NCBI GenBank assembly: GCA_030704615.1
Contig: CM060731.1
Location: 58,590,001 to 58,654,000, forward strand
DNA length: 64,000 bases
Source of the DNA: Takakia lepidozioides
Taxonomy: Eukaryota; Plantae; Bryophyta
Direction of reading: 5' to 3'
Shown here one piece after another: positions 1 through 12,299 of this stretch. The notes beneath the pieces were generated by a model, which had not been told where the DNA came from, ran no database searches, and worked only from the letters and a program-made list of their open reading frames with translations. The translations under genes and the position numbers were made by a program. Position 1 is the first letter of the stretch. Each line of letters opens with the position of its first letter.

Positions 1-1582
1 TAACCACACCATCGCTGCCATGACAATCATACACTGCCAAAGCCTCCCTTGCGGACGGAAACAACAATTGGAAAAGTGGGACAGGCATAACACCATTTGT
101 AACAGGGGAAAAAGTGCCTGTCGGGGTCCCGTCGCGGTGCAACAGAACCTCTACAAGCCATATGATAGTGGGAAGCTCGGCATACCTGGTCGTGGCGTAC
201 ACTCTGCTCGCACCTGCTTGCACTACTTTGGGAGGCTGGACAAGGCGCCCCGCAATACCCACAAGAGCGAAGTCAAAACATAAGCTTTGTTTGCGGTTTT
301 TACTGATGTTGAAGTAGTAGATTGCAGGGATTTTGAAGTCGCCAGCTGCTTTCTGATCATTCCTTGGGACAACGCGAACACCCCCGAAGTAAACGCCATA
401 GTTTATACTCGCCATGCCCGTCCGTCCACACAGATGATAAGGGAGAGGTCGGGCTCTTTCGATATAGTTTGCGCTGATGAAATTCTGTCTCTGGGAGGAG
501 TACACAATTATACACAAGAGTTCTTCGAGCCTGTCCTCGTGATTTCTCTTGGTGTCCCAGCCTGCAATGACCAAGTGATAGCTGGTGCGTGCATAATCGT
601 GATGTATGAATCTTGCGATTTTATCGTTTATCCTAAAACGAGGTACGGGAGGCAGCAAGATGTACTCGCGCGTCAGGGGGTTTGTTACGCACACCATACT
701 TTGGCCGCCGGTTGCCTTGCGCACTTTGTGTTTTACCCAATGCCTTTCGTTAGGGATTTGCCATCTCCCCCATATCAAGATTGGAGCTCTCCCTGGTTGC
801 TCACCGCCATCCACAACGAGAAGACCTTGTAGATCCACACCTCACACTCATTACTTCACGATTGAACACAACCCACACAGAGAAGCAAGAAGGGAGATGA
901 AGAAGAAAAGATCATGCACCTGCAGACCCGGCGATAACTCTATCACAGTTAAGTGGGAGGTAATTAAGCGGCGGCATTGCAAGCCAATTGTTGTTCCAAT
1001 GCTTGACGCCAGGATACTTGGTATACTTATCGAATGCAATCACCATGTAGGTCTTGTTTGCTGTTTCCATCACAACGGGGTGGTATCGGTGGTACATTCG
1101 ACGTTCAACATCCGCAAACCTGGTTGGGGTCCACTCCCGCAACCATGTGTTGAGTGAGATTTCCTTCTGCGTTGGTGGTGCCTTGCATGCTGATGAAACA
1201 ATGTCCCACGCTCTTTCCAATTGGTATATCGGACATCTCTGCACGCAGCGAAAATCAGTTCTTGGACATCTCTACTCATCTCTACAAACAACATTTGCTG
1301 AAATTCTCTCTCAGCAGATGCAAGGATATGTCAGACTGCATGGTGGCACTAGTTTTAATCTGGCAGTAGCTATGGGGGAATCAAATTTACATAGAACATT
1401 GCACCGATGTTGACAGGAGTCATCAAGTGTCTGGCATTTGGATGGCGCAAGAACTCCAAAATGTTTGGCCCTGATTCGTCCATCCATGGCGATGGTTTCT
1501 CCACTACACTTTTTTCTTTCTCCCCGTCCTTGGCTGGCTCTTTGGCCCGATCTGGAGGCCTTGCAGTTCCAGACGCCGCCAT
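1..1582 (-). CDS. F-box-like protein (degenerate F-box plus F-box-associated beta-propeller-like region), 3' end outside the window
   Basis: Exons 1582-1391, 1238-920 and 825-<1, joined in frame by GT-AG introns. Reads MAASGTARPP...IGAMFY|RCPIYQLERAWDIVSSACK...VIAGSA|GLLVVDGG...MVCVTNPLTREYILLPP. The 'SAGLL' and 'V.NPLTR..LLP' motifs are typical of plant F-box proteins. The last exon is open to position 1, so the ORF track misses it. Confidence 0.7.
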
Positions 1583-4500
1583 TCTTACCAGCTTTAGATG
1601 GTGCCTATATCTGTGTGTGCCACCGACTCACAGGAAAAAAATGGCACAGCAGCCATGGCGGGATTGACATCGCATCAAAGAAGCTCCACCACAATACTAG
1701 AATATTACGAGAGAGTACGGAATCCAGTTGGAGGGCCCGACAGGAAGCATCATACTCTGCTGTCCTGCACCTTGGCTACCATTTCATCTTCAGCTATAAC
1801 AACCCATCATGTTTGATAGCCATAATGTTCTCAAGTGCATTGGAATACATTGTTGATCCCTCTGGAACTGGAGCACACCTACCGGCATGCCCATGCGAAA
1901 CACAACGCTGCCGTAACATTTTGCTCAATTGTCGCATTTTGAAGAGGAAAGCAAGGAGACGTCAAAGCTCTGCTGTATGCATTCGTGAAGAACAGGGCGC
2001 TGACGTATGGAATATAAGGAAGAAGAGAAACAAGAAAGGGGAGAAAAGAGTGAGAGGGTATTGCTCGACTGTACATATTACATTCAAACGTTGTGACTGG
2101 GTCCCAGAGTATGGACGTGACTTTCTGCAGTGAAGAGGCAGATGACGAGGCAGCTTGCCATTTAGTTTACAGTAGATGGAACCATCCGTCGAACTGTCAG
2201 ACAGTCCTTGGACCCCCACAAGATGCAATGTGACCAAACCATCAGTTTGCTGTGTTGTTGACATACTGTTTCCAAATGGCCTTCAAAGAGATTAGAGTCA
2301 TGAAAGGCGTAACCAACACCTCCTCGAGACTAGTCTTTTCAAGATTCTTGGAAAGAAAAGCATAATAGAACTACACAACAATAAGGAAGATTTCCCAGTT
2401 GTGCCACATCGAGGACGCTGAGCTTTTGGAGATCAATGTAAGGACACGGAGATCAATGCATGCACACTGAACACGTTCAGGAATCTCACTCAGGGTTCCT
2501 CGCTCTTGCATCACAATTTGCATACAGATCCCATTTGGTCATAATTACACTGGCAAACTTAGCTTGGATATTTCGCTGAAGTGGTCAGCATTGTTGAGTC
2601 TTATGTACCTACCATGATTCAATTTCCCTTCAAAATTCACACAAGAAATTTGGTAAACTCAGCTCGACTCAGCAAACATGACTACCTTGAGAGTAGACCA
2701 TGCACACCACTATTTGTATTCAAAAAACTGTACTCAAAAGTATACAATAACACAATAAACCCTGGAAACTCATTTTCACTCAATATTCCCTGCTAGTAAA
2801 CACACAAAGATTGCAAGGTTTGCATATAAAAGGGCTACTAATATTGAGCAAGTCAGCTCTTCCTGACCTGTCCAGGAAGGTGGTTATTCAAACCAGGTTG
2901 ATGGTGCAAAGGTAAATGGTAGAAGACAATGCTATCCGTCAAAATTGAGGAGCTCGAAGACACCCTTATACATACATGCAGCAGTTATAAAGACCCTCAT
3001 CATATGAATTCGCAAGACAAGTTTCACAATAGAGTAGAAGACATTCGAGGACACCTTCCTGTACAGCCATACTACACTACAGTACCAAGCCTTCATCAGA
3101 ATCCTTACACCTCACATAAATACCCTCAATTACGGAATACCCTCAAATAAGATAACAAGATCCTATTTCTTCAAAACCAATCCGACTGAAAGTATCTAGG
3201 CTTGTTTCTGACATGTAAAAGATGCTGACCATCCCTCACTTCAATCAAGATATGAGGAACAATCTGCACAAAATAATTTGTCACAGGAGATGATTTGACA
3301 TCCACTAGAGATACAAAATTGACATGTACCTGATGTCGTCATCAACTGCGATGGCAAGATGCAGACGGAATACCAAGCACGTTGGTCAATAAAACGAAAA
3401 CAAGGGAAGGTTCGGAGTAGGAGGGAATGGAGCCGTTCAAAGCTTGGCCAGGAGGAGGGATTTGTGGCCGGCACAGTTCAAAGCAGGCTACATGCACTCT
3501 TGTTCTGGCTTCAGGCCACAGCGTGTAGCTCTACGTGAGAGCTGTACCAGAGGATGATCTTACTGTCGAGACCCCAAAATCCAGACCAAGGATGTGATCA
3601 AAAGCTCCCCAAGAAGCCCAGAGACAACCATCACTGAGACTATCAAAGCCTCATCCAAAGCACATGGCCGGCACCCCACCGCAAAGTAAGACCCTAAAGC
3701 CACAATGGGGAGGTACCAGAAAGAGTGATCAAAATCTACCCTGAGCTAGAGGGCCTTCTGGTTACAGATAAAACATTGAACCACACTAAACTGCTTGGCA
3801 TGATGAGGTACTTTTGGCTGGGGGGAGCCTGCCGGTGAGCACAAGAAGCCAACACGCAACGCAGTTCAATCAACCCTCCCAGAAGCAGCAATCTTGCAGG
3901 ACGAGCCGTGCTACCAGAGGATGTAAACGATGCAGGGAAGGGAGACACCCAAAGGACGAAGGAGAAGGTCTGCAGACTATCGTAGAAGGCGGGGGAGGCA
4001 GTGCAGTGAAGTGCCGTGCCGTGCCGTTCTAAGCAGAACCCACACCTCAGAACACAGCAACAAAGGGCAAGCCGTATGTGAGTTTGTTTCTTTCTCTTAT
4101 GGGGCACGACATCTTACATGTAGCTATTGACTAGTATGTTATAAACTGTAACTATTCATGTGCATGAAAATAAGCATTTGAAATTAGCAAATAACCAAAA
4201 AGTAAACATGTTCAAAGCATAGTGCCTGTAAAGACAGCAAATTGTCATAGAAAAGAAAAGGGCAACCAGGAAAGAAACTTATCACAGGTAGCAGGCAGCC
4301 GGAGCTTCAGCAGGAGATCGTGCTACTGAAGAAGCCAGCAGACTGAATGGAGGGGAGAAGTCCAATGCTTTCATTCATCCAGCCATAGCCTATGGGTTGG
4401 TGTAGCCACCACTTGGCAACCCAAGTTATAGAAGCATGCCCACCTCAAACTGAACTAACAAAACTGCTGAACATCCAGATAGGCGGAAGCACACGCAGAA

Positions 4501-4601
4501 ATAACAAATCCTCAATATTGCATCTTTCAAGCTCCCATCAAGAAAACATAGCACTTTCTGTGCCTGGGAGCAGTCTCTGCCACGTGTCCACTTTCATTTT
4601 C

Positions 4602-7600
4602 TCAAGGACTCCTGCTGCGGCTGCGACGGCGGTCTCTAGCCGCCAGCGGGCTTCTGCAAAAACAAGAAAGACGAATTTAAAATAGCTGTCATACACATCA
4701 GTTCGGATTGCAAGGGTCAAGAACCACAGATGTCAATCTAACTGAGGATCGAACACAAATCCGTGAGCCAAGGTGAATACACCATGACTGCCAAGAACAA
4801 AAGATTGCAAGAACTTTCAACCTCCTGTCCACAATTTTATGGCATGGGGATGAGGGATATCCCTACCCATTAACGACAGGAGATGCACGGCGATCACGAC
4901 GTGGAGGGGGTGATCGGCTTGGACTTCGGCCTCGACGTACAGGTGACACACTCCTGCGACGAGGAGGAGACCGACTCCTGCCTCGGGGAGGTGGACTGAA
5001 ACTGCTGCCAAGGCAAAAGAATGAGACAGTGATGTAAGAACCTTGGTACCGGATGCTCTCCCTCCTTGAGACTGGGGGAAATATATATCAATCTTACTAA
5101 CAACAAGTACTTTCAATTGCACACCCCTGGAACTCTCATCAACCGATTTCTAGATAGACTTGTACACAAAAGCAACATAGGATACAAGAACCTCCAACAA
5201 AGGACAACTGCTTTTCAGCTTATCTAAGCCGGGGAAACAGAGGAAAGGCTATTCACTTTGGTATTTCAACCAAAGAAGTATGCTATGCCTTCACCCATTC
5301 CTATGACATACTCCCACATTGCATTTTCAACAGAACTTCCACTTTTGCTTCCACAAGAAATATCTACATTAGATAATGAAAGAACAATAGATAAAAGCCA
5401 TATCTTCAAAGGATAGTCACAGGAATAGTTGAGGCTAGCATTACCGTTCGATTTCGAGATCAACAATGTCATTGACGAGACCACCATTAGGTCCAGTTTC
5501 CAAACAAGAACCCCCCAAGGAGAGTGAAAGCACGGACGTCCAGCCAACAACCCCACAAATCCCCAACCCAATCACAAATCCCATAGCAGCAAGTGGTTAG
5601 ACAGGTGTATGCAAGAAAGATATGCAATTGTTTGCAGCTGCACATGCTTCCCCAGTATAGCCACTTTGACTGGCATAACTACCACTTTTCTACATTGGAA
5701 CACCAGATACAATGAATTGCATATGTTTCCCGATAATGTATAAACAATTTTCAGTCATAAGCACTACAGAAAGACATTGTGGAGAATATCAGGTAATTCA
5801 AAAGACACTGCAGATGTACTGCACATGGTTCCAGGGGCCAAGTTGCAAGCTTAAAAGCCAATGAAGTACGTTTAACACCAATATCTTAAACTTTGGCACA
5901 ACTGCTGTACAAAGTCCTAGCCGACATACCTGCGAGCACCATAGCTTGGGCTACGACGGTAACGTGGGCTAGCTCGAGGGCTCCTCCCACGGCCTCCAGT
6001 GCCCAGCCCACTTGCACCAATGCGAAGGCGGCATTCTCGAGCAAAGTGACCAGGTTCCCCACATTCATAACATTTCATGTCATCTCCACCACGACCACGC
6101 GGCCCACCCCCTCCACCTGAGCTCCGCGAGAGTTCAACTCTCCAGCCGTTCTTGCCTGCTAAGAAAGAAAGAACAGAAATTGCAAATCATGACTTTGCCC
6201 AAGGGAATGAATGATGGCTTGCATTGCAGCCCCAACTCAGGACAACACAAGCTGCTACTTCGATAGTCACTTGAACCAATGAAATCACTAACTGAATCAG
6301 GAGTGGTGGTGGGAACTTAGAAAAAACTGGAAGCACAACCCAGGGCAAGAAGTCAAAATATCAATTTGCCATTCGCGTACACAAACCCCCACTTCCAAAA
6401 ACAAAACACCACAGCACACAGGAAAAAAAAAGTAAACCACCACTGCATGGAGTATCCACTCGTGGGGTGATAAAATCACATGAAACCATCTGAATAAGCC
6501 CCTCTCCACCCCAAGGAAACCTCGGCAAAAGATATCCATTCCTGAGAAGACTTCAATCTGCTGCATTTGACTTCAGGGTCTATTGGATCATGGAGCCCAC
6601 AAGCAAAAGGAGGAATAACAAACTTCATAAGTTGAAAGTCCGCTAGTTCCTCTTTTGCATGCATGAAGGTGACATTCATGTCTGGCATAGAACAGGAAGT
6701 CACCTGGGACATATGATATGATAGAAGAACCTCTTACAGGAAGCATACTTACCATCCATGGCACGAATAGCATCCTGGGCATCTCGAAGGTCATCAAACT
6801 CCACAAAAGCAAACCCCGGTGGCTTGCGAGCTACCCAAACACTGTGTCAGGAGCATCACATCCACAACAAATCAAAACTCTGATGAGGCTACAAGTACCA
6901 TACCATTCAAAGCACGGATGGCATCATCTGCATCCCTTCGATCTTCAAACTCGATGAATGCATAGCCTGGCGGCTTGCGAGCCACCCATACACTGTGTCA
7001 TTCATCAGTCCAACAAGACTGCCCTTCAGCACTACATGACTTCACCCTACGAGAACGATTACCATGAACCACAAACTTCTACAATCACTTCCATTCAACA
7101 GAACAGATTACTACGATCTTCCTGTGTAAAAAATACTGAACACTTTGAGACACCATCACCGTTCTATCAAATGAAGATTGAAATGTCGACATTTGGAGAT
7201 AGCGATACTATTTGACTAAAAGCTACAAAATACTCCAGGCCATTCACAGAATGTCCAGCCTAATTGAAATTATTCAAGAACCCTAAACGGAATCACCGTG
7301 TATCTATCATGTTTTCTTGAAAATCAGAGTTAAATCATGCACAAACCTAGCAGACCTGCGGACCTTAACAGACGCACTACTGAAAACTTATTGTATAGCA
7401 GAATTAAGACTGACATTCCCAGCTGAGTTGCTTCAGCCGCTCCGCACAGTTATTTCTGCTACACACTGCAAGAGGCGGTCGTCGCATGGAGCAGAACTCC
7501 AAGCCGGACCACATACGTACAAATACGGCTACTGACATACAGCCAGGAGGAGGAACCAAAAAATATACGAATCAGCGCAGAAAGCCAACCTGCGAAGCAC

Positions 7601-7678
7601 ACCATACACCCGGAACTCGTCTTCAAGCTCCCTCTCGGTTGCCCGGGGATCCAAGTTTCCGACATAAACCCGCGACAT
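4602..7678 (-). CDS. RSZ22: RSZ-subfamily serine/arginine-rich splicing factor (RRM + CCHC zinc knuckle + RS domain), RSZ21/RSZ22-like, about 197 aa
   Basis: Exons 7678-7590 ([29 protein letters not shown]), 6992-6904 or 6841-6753 (VWVARKPPG(Y/F)AF..F), 6155-5930 (KNGWRVELS...[17 protein letters not shown]), 5004-4867 and 4653-4602 (...RSRSRSP*). All junctions are GT-AG and the total is 594 nt in frame. Probable 5'UTR intron at about 8133-7694. The symbol marks the subfamily, not exact orthology. Confidence 0.95.
6753..6841 (-). other. RSZ exon 2b (candidate mutually exclusive exon)
   Basis: TGACACAG|...89 nt...|GTAAGT; encodes [29 protein letters not shown]. Same length and phases as exon 2a. 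Confidence 0.9.
6904..6992 (-). other. RSZ exon 2a (candidate mutually exclusive exon)
   Basis: TGACACAG|...89 nt...|GTATGG; encodes [29 protein letters not shown]. Confidence 0.9.
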
Positions 7679-8120
7679 GGTCCAGACTGTTCTCTACCAG
7701 AAACAAACACCTTCAACCCCGGACGCCCCAAAAGGAGTCGAGCGATCACAAGCACTGGCACATCTGAAACCCCAGAGCTCTTCAAGTTGGCCTCCCCTTT
7801 CTCTCCGGGTAGCACAAGCTGATATGCCCAACAATGAGCGATGTAAAAGAACAAGGCGCTACTCTCAAGGGATGAAGCGCTCGCTCATAGGACAGATCAA
7901 AACTCAACAGGCAGAATAATAAGTGAAAACAAGACTGCCGAAAACCTACAGCTCCAATATACGAAAGAAGCAGGGCACAACAACGCCCGCAGATTCCCCG
8001 CACAAGAACACCGAAGCGTGATCTAGCAGACGTGAAGAGTAGAAGAGATCGGAGCAGCCACCGATCCAACAGCAAGCCGAGCGAGCGCAGGCGTGGAGGG
8101 AAAGAAGAACGCGAGGTCGC

Positions 8121-8129
8121 AAACCCTAA
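8121..8129. promoter_or_regulatory. telo-box (AAACCCTAA) in the 5' region of RSZ
   Basis: Exact AAACCCTAA near the inferred transcription start. Telo-boxes are established in plant translation and RNA-processing genes. Confidence 0.5.
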
Positions 8130-9033
8130 AGACCTGCACGCGGCCAAGGGCTCGTCCCGCCACCGCCAATAGCACCCACCCACGTGGCTCGCACGGCTTC
8201 TCCAACGGGTCGTGGCCCGCACTGCCGTCTTACTAGTAAGTAGTTACTGGTAACTGTCTACTTACTATTCGTGCGTCTAGTATTGAGTCACGAATTTGGC
8301 TGTGAAGACTACTGGACCGTTACTTGCTTGGTATGTCCCTCCCTCTCTCTCTCTCTCTCTCTCATCACAATCCCCCTCCACCACCTCACACTGTTTGAGG
8401 GGCCTTCTCTCTCACATTACCCCCCTTGTGTGATGACTTATGCAGTGTAAGCATCTCAAGTGCTGTTTTCATGGTCCTTTCTAGTCTGCAGAACTCGGGG
8501 GAGTTAATTGGGCGTACTCATGCAGGTAAGGATTGCCTGAGGCATGTCTTGTTTTTGCTGATTTGAAGTTGCCAACTACCTTGTTGGCACCCCACAAGGC
8601 CCCCTGCATTGTTGAGGCAAAGCATGTCCAAGACTGGAAGTCTGAAGTTTAATGACAGTCGTATCAGTCTGCAAACATCAAACTTTTTGCCAATCTAGAC
8701 TGATGCTTTGACTCAATAGATGCAGGCAGACGCGTTGGCCGCCTTCTGCAAAAATGCCTAGAGACTTATATTGCATAGTGCCTGAATACCAAGCAGTAAC
8801 ACCAAGAGTAAAGAGCAGAGAATTCTTATTCATACAGCTTCTGGACCTCCAAATATGGGGTCCGAGGAGCTGGACATTTTTTAATGGTGATAGCAAAACT
8901 CCACTCCCGTTTCAGCCATACTGCAAGGCCAGAGGGCAACTCTCTTACCTTCACCACCACACATCCTTGTAATTTCCTTCTCTACCTACTGATCATTATA
9001 CAATGTCAATGATCAGAGAAGACTGACTGTGCG

Positions 9034-11766
9034 CTAAGAACGGTTTGTTTCCTCCTTGTCAACCCGCTCATCTAGCCAGGCTTTTATATCCGCAAGAACA
9101 AAATCTCTGGTCTCGTCAAGCTCTCCCTGGACAAGTGAATGGTAGGCACCATCATAGAGCTTTAGGGTCCGGTCTTTACTTGCTGCCCTCTCATATATGT
9201 TCTTGCTACCTTCAAAGCTCGCAAGAGTATCAGCAGTGCCATGGAGAGTGAGAAATGGGGCATCAAACTTATCCATTAAGGTTGAACTTATCTGGTCTAC
9301 CATCCTTGTGAGCTCTATCATTGTTCCAACCCTGGGTTTGCCTGCACAGACATGAAAGGGTAGTCATTACTCCAGTGACAAAGGAATTGTCAAAATCTAT
9401 ATGTTTGCACAAATGCAGTAGAGAAGTATCGCTGCCTTGCATCTTAAAGTACCAGCTGCAGAGTATAGCTGCCTGGATCCAACCGTTACATTTATCCATA
9501 CCTTTTGCTGAAGGTCAGTTCCTACATAGAACATGAGGAAATTGAAACAAACACACATAGCATTTGGGACGCTCAACCTCTCTTGACATCTTCATGAAGA
9601 CAAGCAGGGCTATAACAACTTAGCTGTAAGTTGCAGGCCTCAGACATGGCTACAGTGTGGCCATCAGTTAGCACCTTGACAAGCCAGCTCTAAGAACAGA
9701 TTCTTCTGAATGGAGGCACCCTATGTTTCTTTGCAGGTAACTAGGTACGGAAGGTGGGGCCTTGGAGCACCATCATGTACTCTCGTCTGAGTCGACACCC
9801 TCACAAATTCTACATTGTAAGAAGACATACACTTCTTAGACTAATGGAGGAGGCCATCGGAAAGTCCCTTGGGGCCAGTTCATGTGGGTTGAGAACCAAA
9901 GAAAAAGAGGAAAGGGGGAAAGAAGGCGAGGGGAAGAAAGTGTTGCTTGCCTTTGTAGCGCCGGGGATTGCTAGCAATCAGTTTTCCTTTCACAGGATCA
10001 TGGATGGCTTTGCTCACCGTATTATTGGAAGGAAAGATGGCCCATGAATCCACTAAGGGTCGGACCAAGCCAAAGGCCGTCAGCTGGAGCCATGTGGGTT
10101 TCATGGGTTCTGGCATCACAAACAAGGGTGCTGAAAAGATAAACCCGTCCCACCCCTTTGGATCTTGGAAATGCATGAGTAAGGTCACTCCACCCCCCAT
10201 AGATTCACCCAACAAAAATGCTGGCATGCCCTTGTTTTCCTTGCTATCACGCACAGACTTGAAGTAGGATAAGGAAGCTGCTGCCACCTACAACATGCCC
10301 CACTAAAATGAGCATAAGAGATGTGACATGATTTCGGCAAACTTTTAATCCTTCTAAAACTTTGAAAGATGCTCTACCTCTGATGGGTGTTCACAGCTGC
10401 TATAACCTCCACGTGTCCTGTAATAAATCACATGGTACACTTTCCAAGTTGCACACACCCCACAAGAGGTCATCATCTGCTGACATGGTTTACATATGAA
10501 GGATGTTCAACTAGTCTTTTGAGTTTGCACTTACAACAGATTCACACAGTGTGGCCATCAAACATACTCACAGGAAGCCAGCCATTCTTTGGCTTGGCTG
10601 CATTATAATTTCCAAGTACAGGTGAGAATGACAATCAGGCTGTGTGACAGGAGCAGGAGTGCACTTGCAGCGGAAAATTACAGTTCTGTAACCAGCAACT
10701 TAACAGTAGAATTTCAAACTTTTCACAGGCAGAAATACAAACATATAAACTAACCCTCTATACTTACTTAAGACAGGAATCACAAGATAAAACCAAGGAT
10801 ACACATCAGTTTATGAGTCACAAAGGAATGATAAACCCATGATCCTCCCAAGTCTACCAGTGTAGCACAGCTGAAAAAGGAAATATTCCCTTGGAAGGAG
10901 ATTCCTTGCACTGATGTCCACAACACCATGTAATGCAAGCTATAATCACCATGAGGACAAGGTAGAGTTTCTTGAGGCAAACCAGCCTTGACTAGAAAAG
11001 GGGGCATGCCGAATGGACTTTATCAAATGTCCCCATTAACATACTCATCAGGGCGATAAACCAAACAATGCAGATAAACAAAATCTGACCCAGGGGCTTT
11101 GCTATCTGCCAATCAGGCTTATGAGAGCTCTTTCATTGGTGACAGGTCTGGATTCGGGAACAATGCTAACCAGCTGCGGCCCTATCTCCAAATCCGAACG
11201 AGTGAAAGGAGGCAACAAACACCGTGGATGGGGGACGGAGACAAAAAGGACGAGTAAAAGCCATGACTTTCGGCCAGAGAGAGGAGGAACGCCAGGGGGG
11301 AGAAATTCGACTAAAATGTTGTCTTACAAAAAAGGAAGGCAGCACATCCAAGGAACAAAATGCCAACGAACTATCAAGCCTGCTGCAAGATAACAAAGAC
11401 ATTCTCCAAATCGGAATGCGAAGCTAGTGGTGCACAGCATACCTTCTCCACATCTGGGACATAGCCATGTATGCCGTCGGATCTACCATGGCCAAGCATA
11501 TCAGCTGCGTATGCAGCATACCCCCATCGTGCTAGAGCGATCGTAAACGTCTGGAACAACCAGCCCGTATCGCCGCCATACCCATGCGTAAGACAAACAG
11601 TGCCCTTGGGCTTCCCTTCCAAAGGTAGGAAGGATTGTGTGAAAATTGTGCCATTTGAAGTCTTGAAGTAGTCCTTTTTGTTTTTGACCCCGTTGGATGC
11701 GTAGAATTCATCCTCAGGCATATCCCCCCAGTAATTTGGCGGTGGCGTCATCCCATCAGCTGCCAT
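9034..11766 (-). CDS. CSE: caffeoyl shikimate esterase / lysophospholipase 2 orthologue (alpha/beta hydrolase, MAG-lipase family), 322 aa
   Basis: Exons 11766-11443, 10287-9951 and 9341-9034 (969 nt). N-terminus PPPNYWGDMPEDEFY, HGYGGDTGW, nucleophile elbow GESMGG, ASNPRRYKGKPRVGTM, HGTAD and YHSLVQGE closely follow Arabidopsis CSE as I recall it. Intron 2 is GC-AG. Confidence 0.92.
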
Positions 11767-12050
11767 CACAGATTTGCACTGCCGCAGATTAGAGGAGGGA
11801 CCTTAATCTGTACACTCGCGATGACAGACAACTTATTGCAATGAGCGCCTCCGGCATTCAAATACGGGAGTCCTTTCACACGCCGGAGATGCCTGGGGAA
11901 GAGAAATCCCCGCGTTGGAAAACTAGCTGCCTGCAAAAAGGCGAGATTATAGAACTGAATGCGCGTGCACACATCCCGGAACAGAAAGGGAGGAGGAACG
12001 CCATAGCCATAGCTTTCTGCTGCACTTCACCTGTTCCGTTCCACGCCATG

Positions 12051-12056
12051 CACGTG
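12051..12056. promoter_or_regulatory. G-box (CACGTG) upstream of CSE
   Basis: Perfect CACGTG about 285 bp upstream of the CSE ATG. A hexamer can occur by chance. Confidence 0.3.
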
Positions 12057-12299
12057 CCATTACCTCGGTCAACACCGGCACTTGATACGTTCCCGGTTCC
12101 CCGCAGCCAAGCAACCCGTTATTTCAAGTCACCATAAAAGCTTTTTTGTTTTTGAAAATGAAACTTGGTGCAAGGGAAACTTGAGGTAAGAGCATCTCCA
12201 TGGTGAGCACGGCACGTCAAACGCTATATGCCGTGGTTACAGGGGCGACGGTAATTTTTGTAGGGACGGGTTGGTTGGAACTCCACGGTTGGGAAGGTA

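Noticed and set aside
287-1157. Plus-strand ORFs of 181 and 183 aa
   Set aside because: Antisense shadows of the spliced F-box-like gene, with no recognisable motifs.
2400-3700. C/D-box snoRNA cluster between RSZ and the F-box gene
   Set aside because: Scattered TGATGA/CTGA-like words lack proper spacing, terminal stems or recognisable rRNA guides.
7340-7480. Poison cassette exon in RSZ intron 1
   Set aside because: Plausible AG and GT sites exist, but nothing in the sequence alone separates them from chance. RNA data would be needed.
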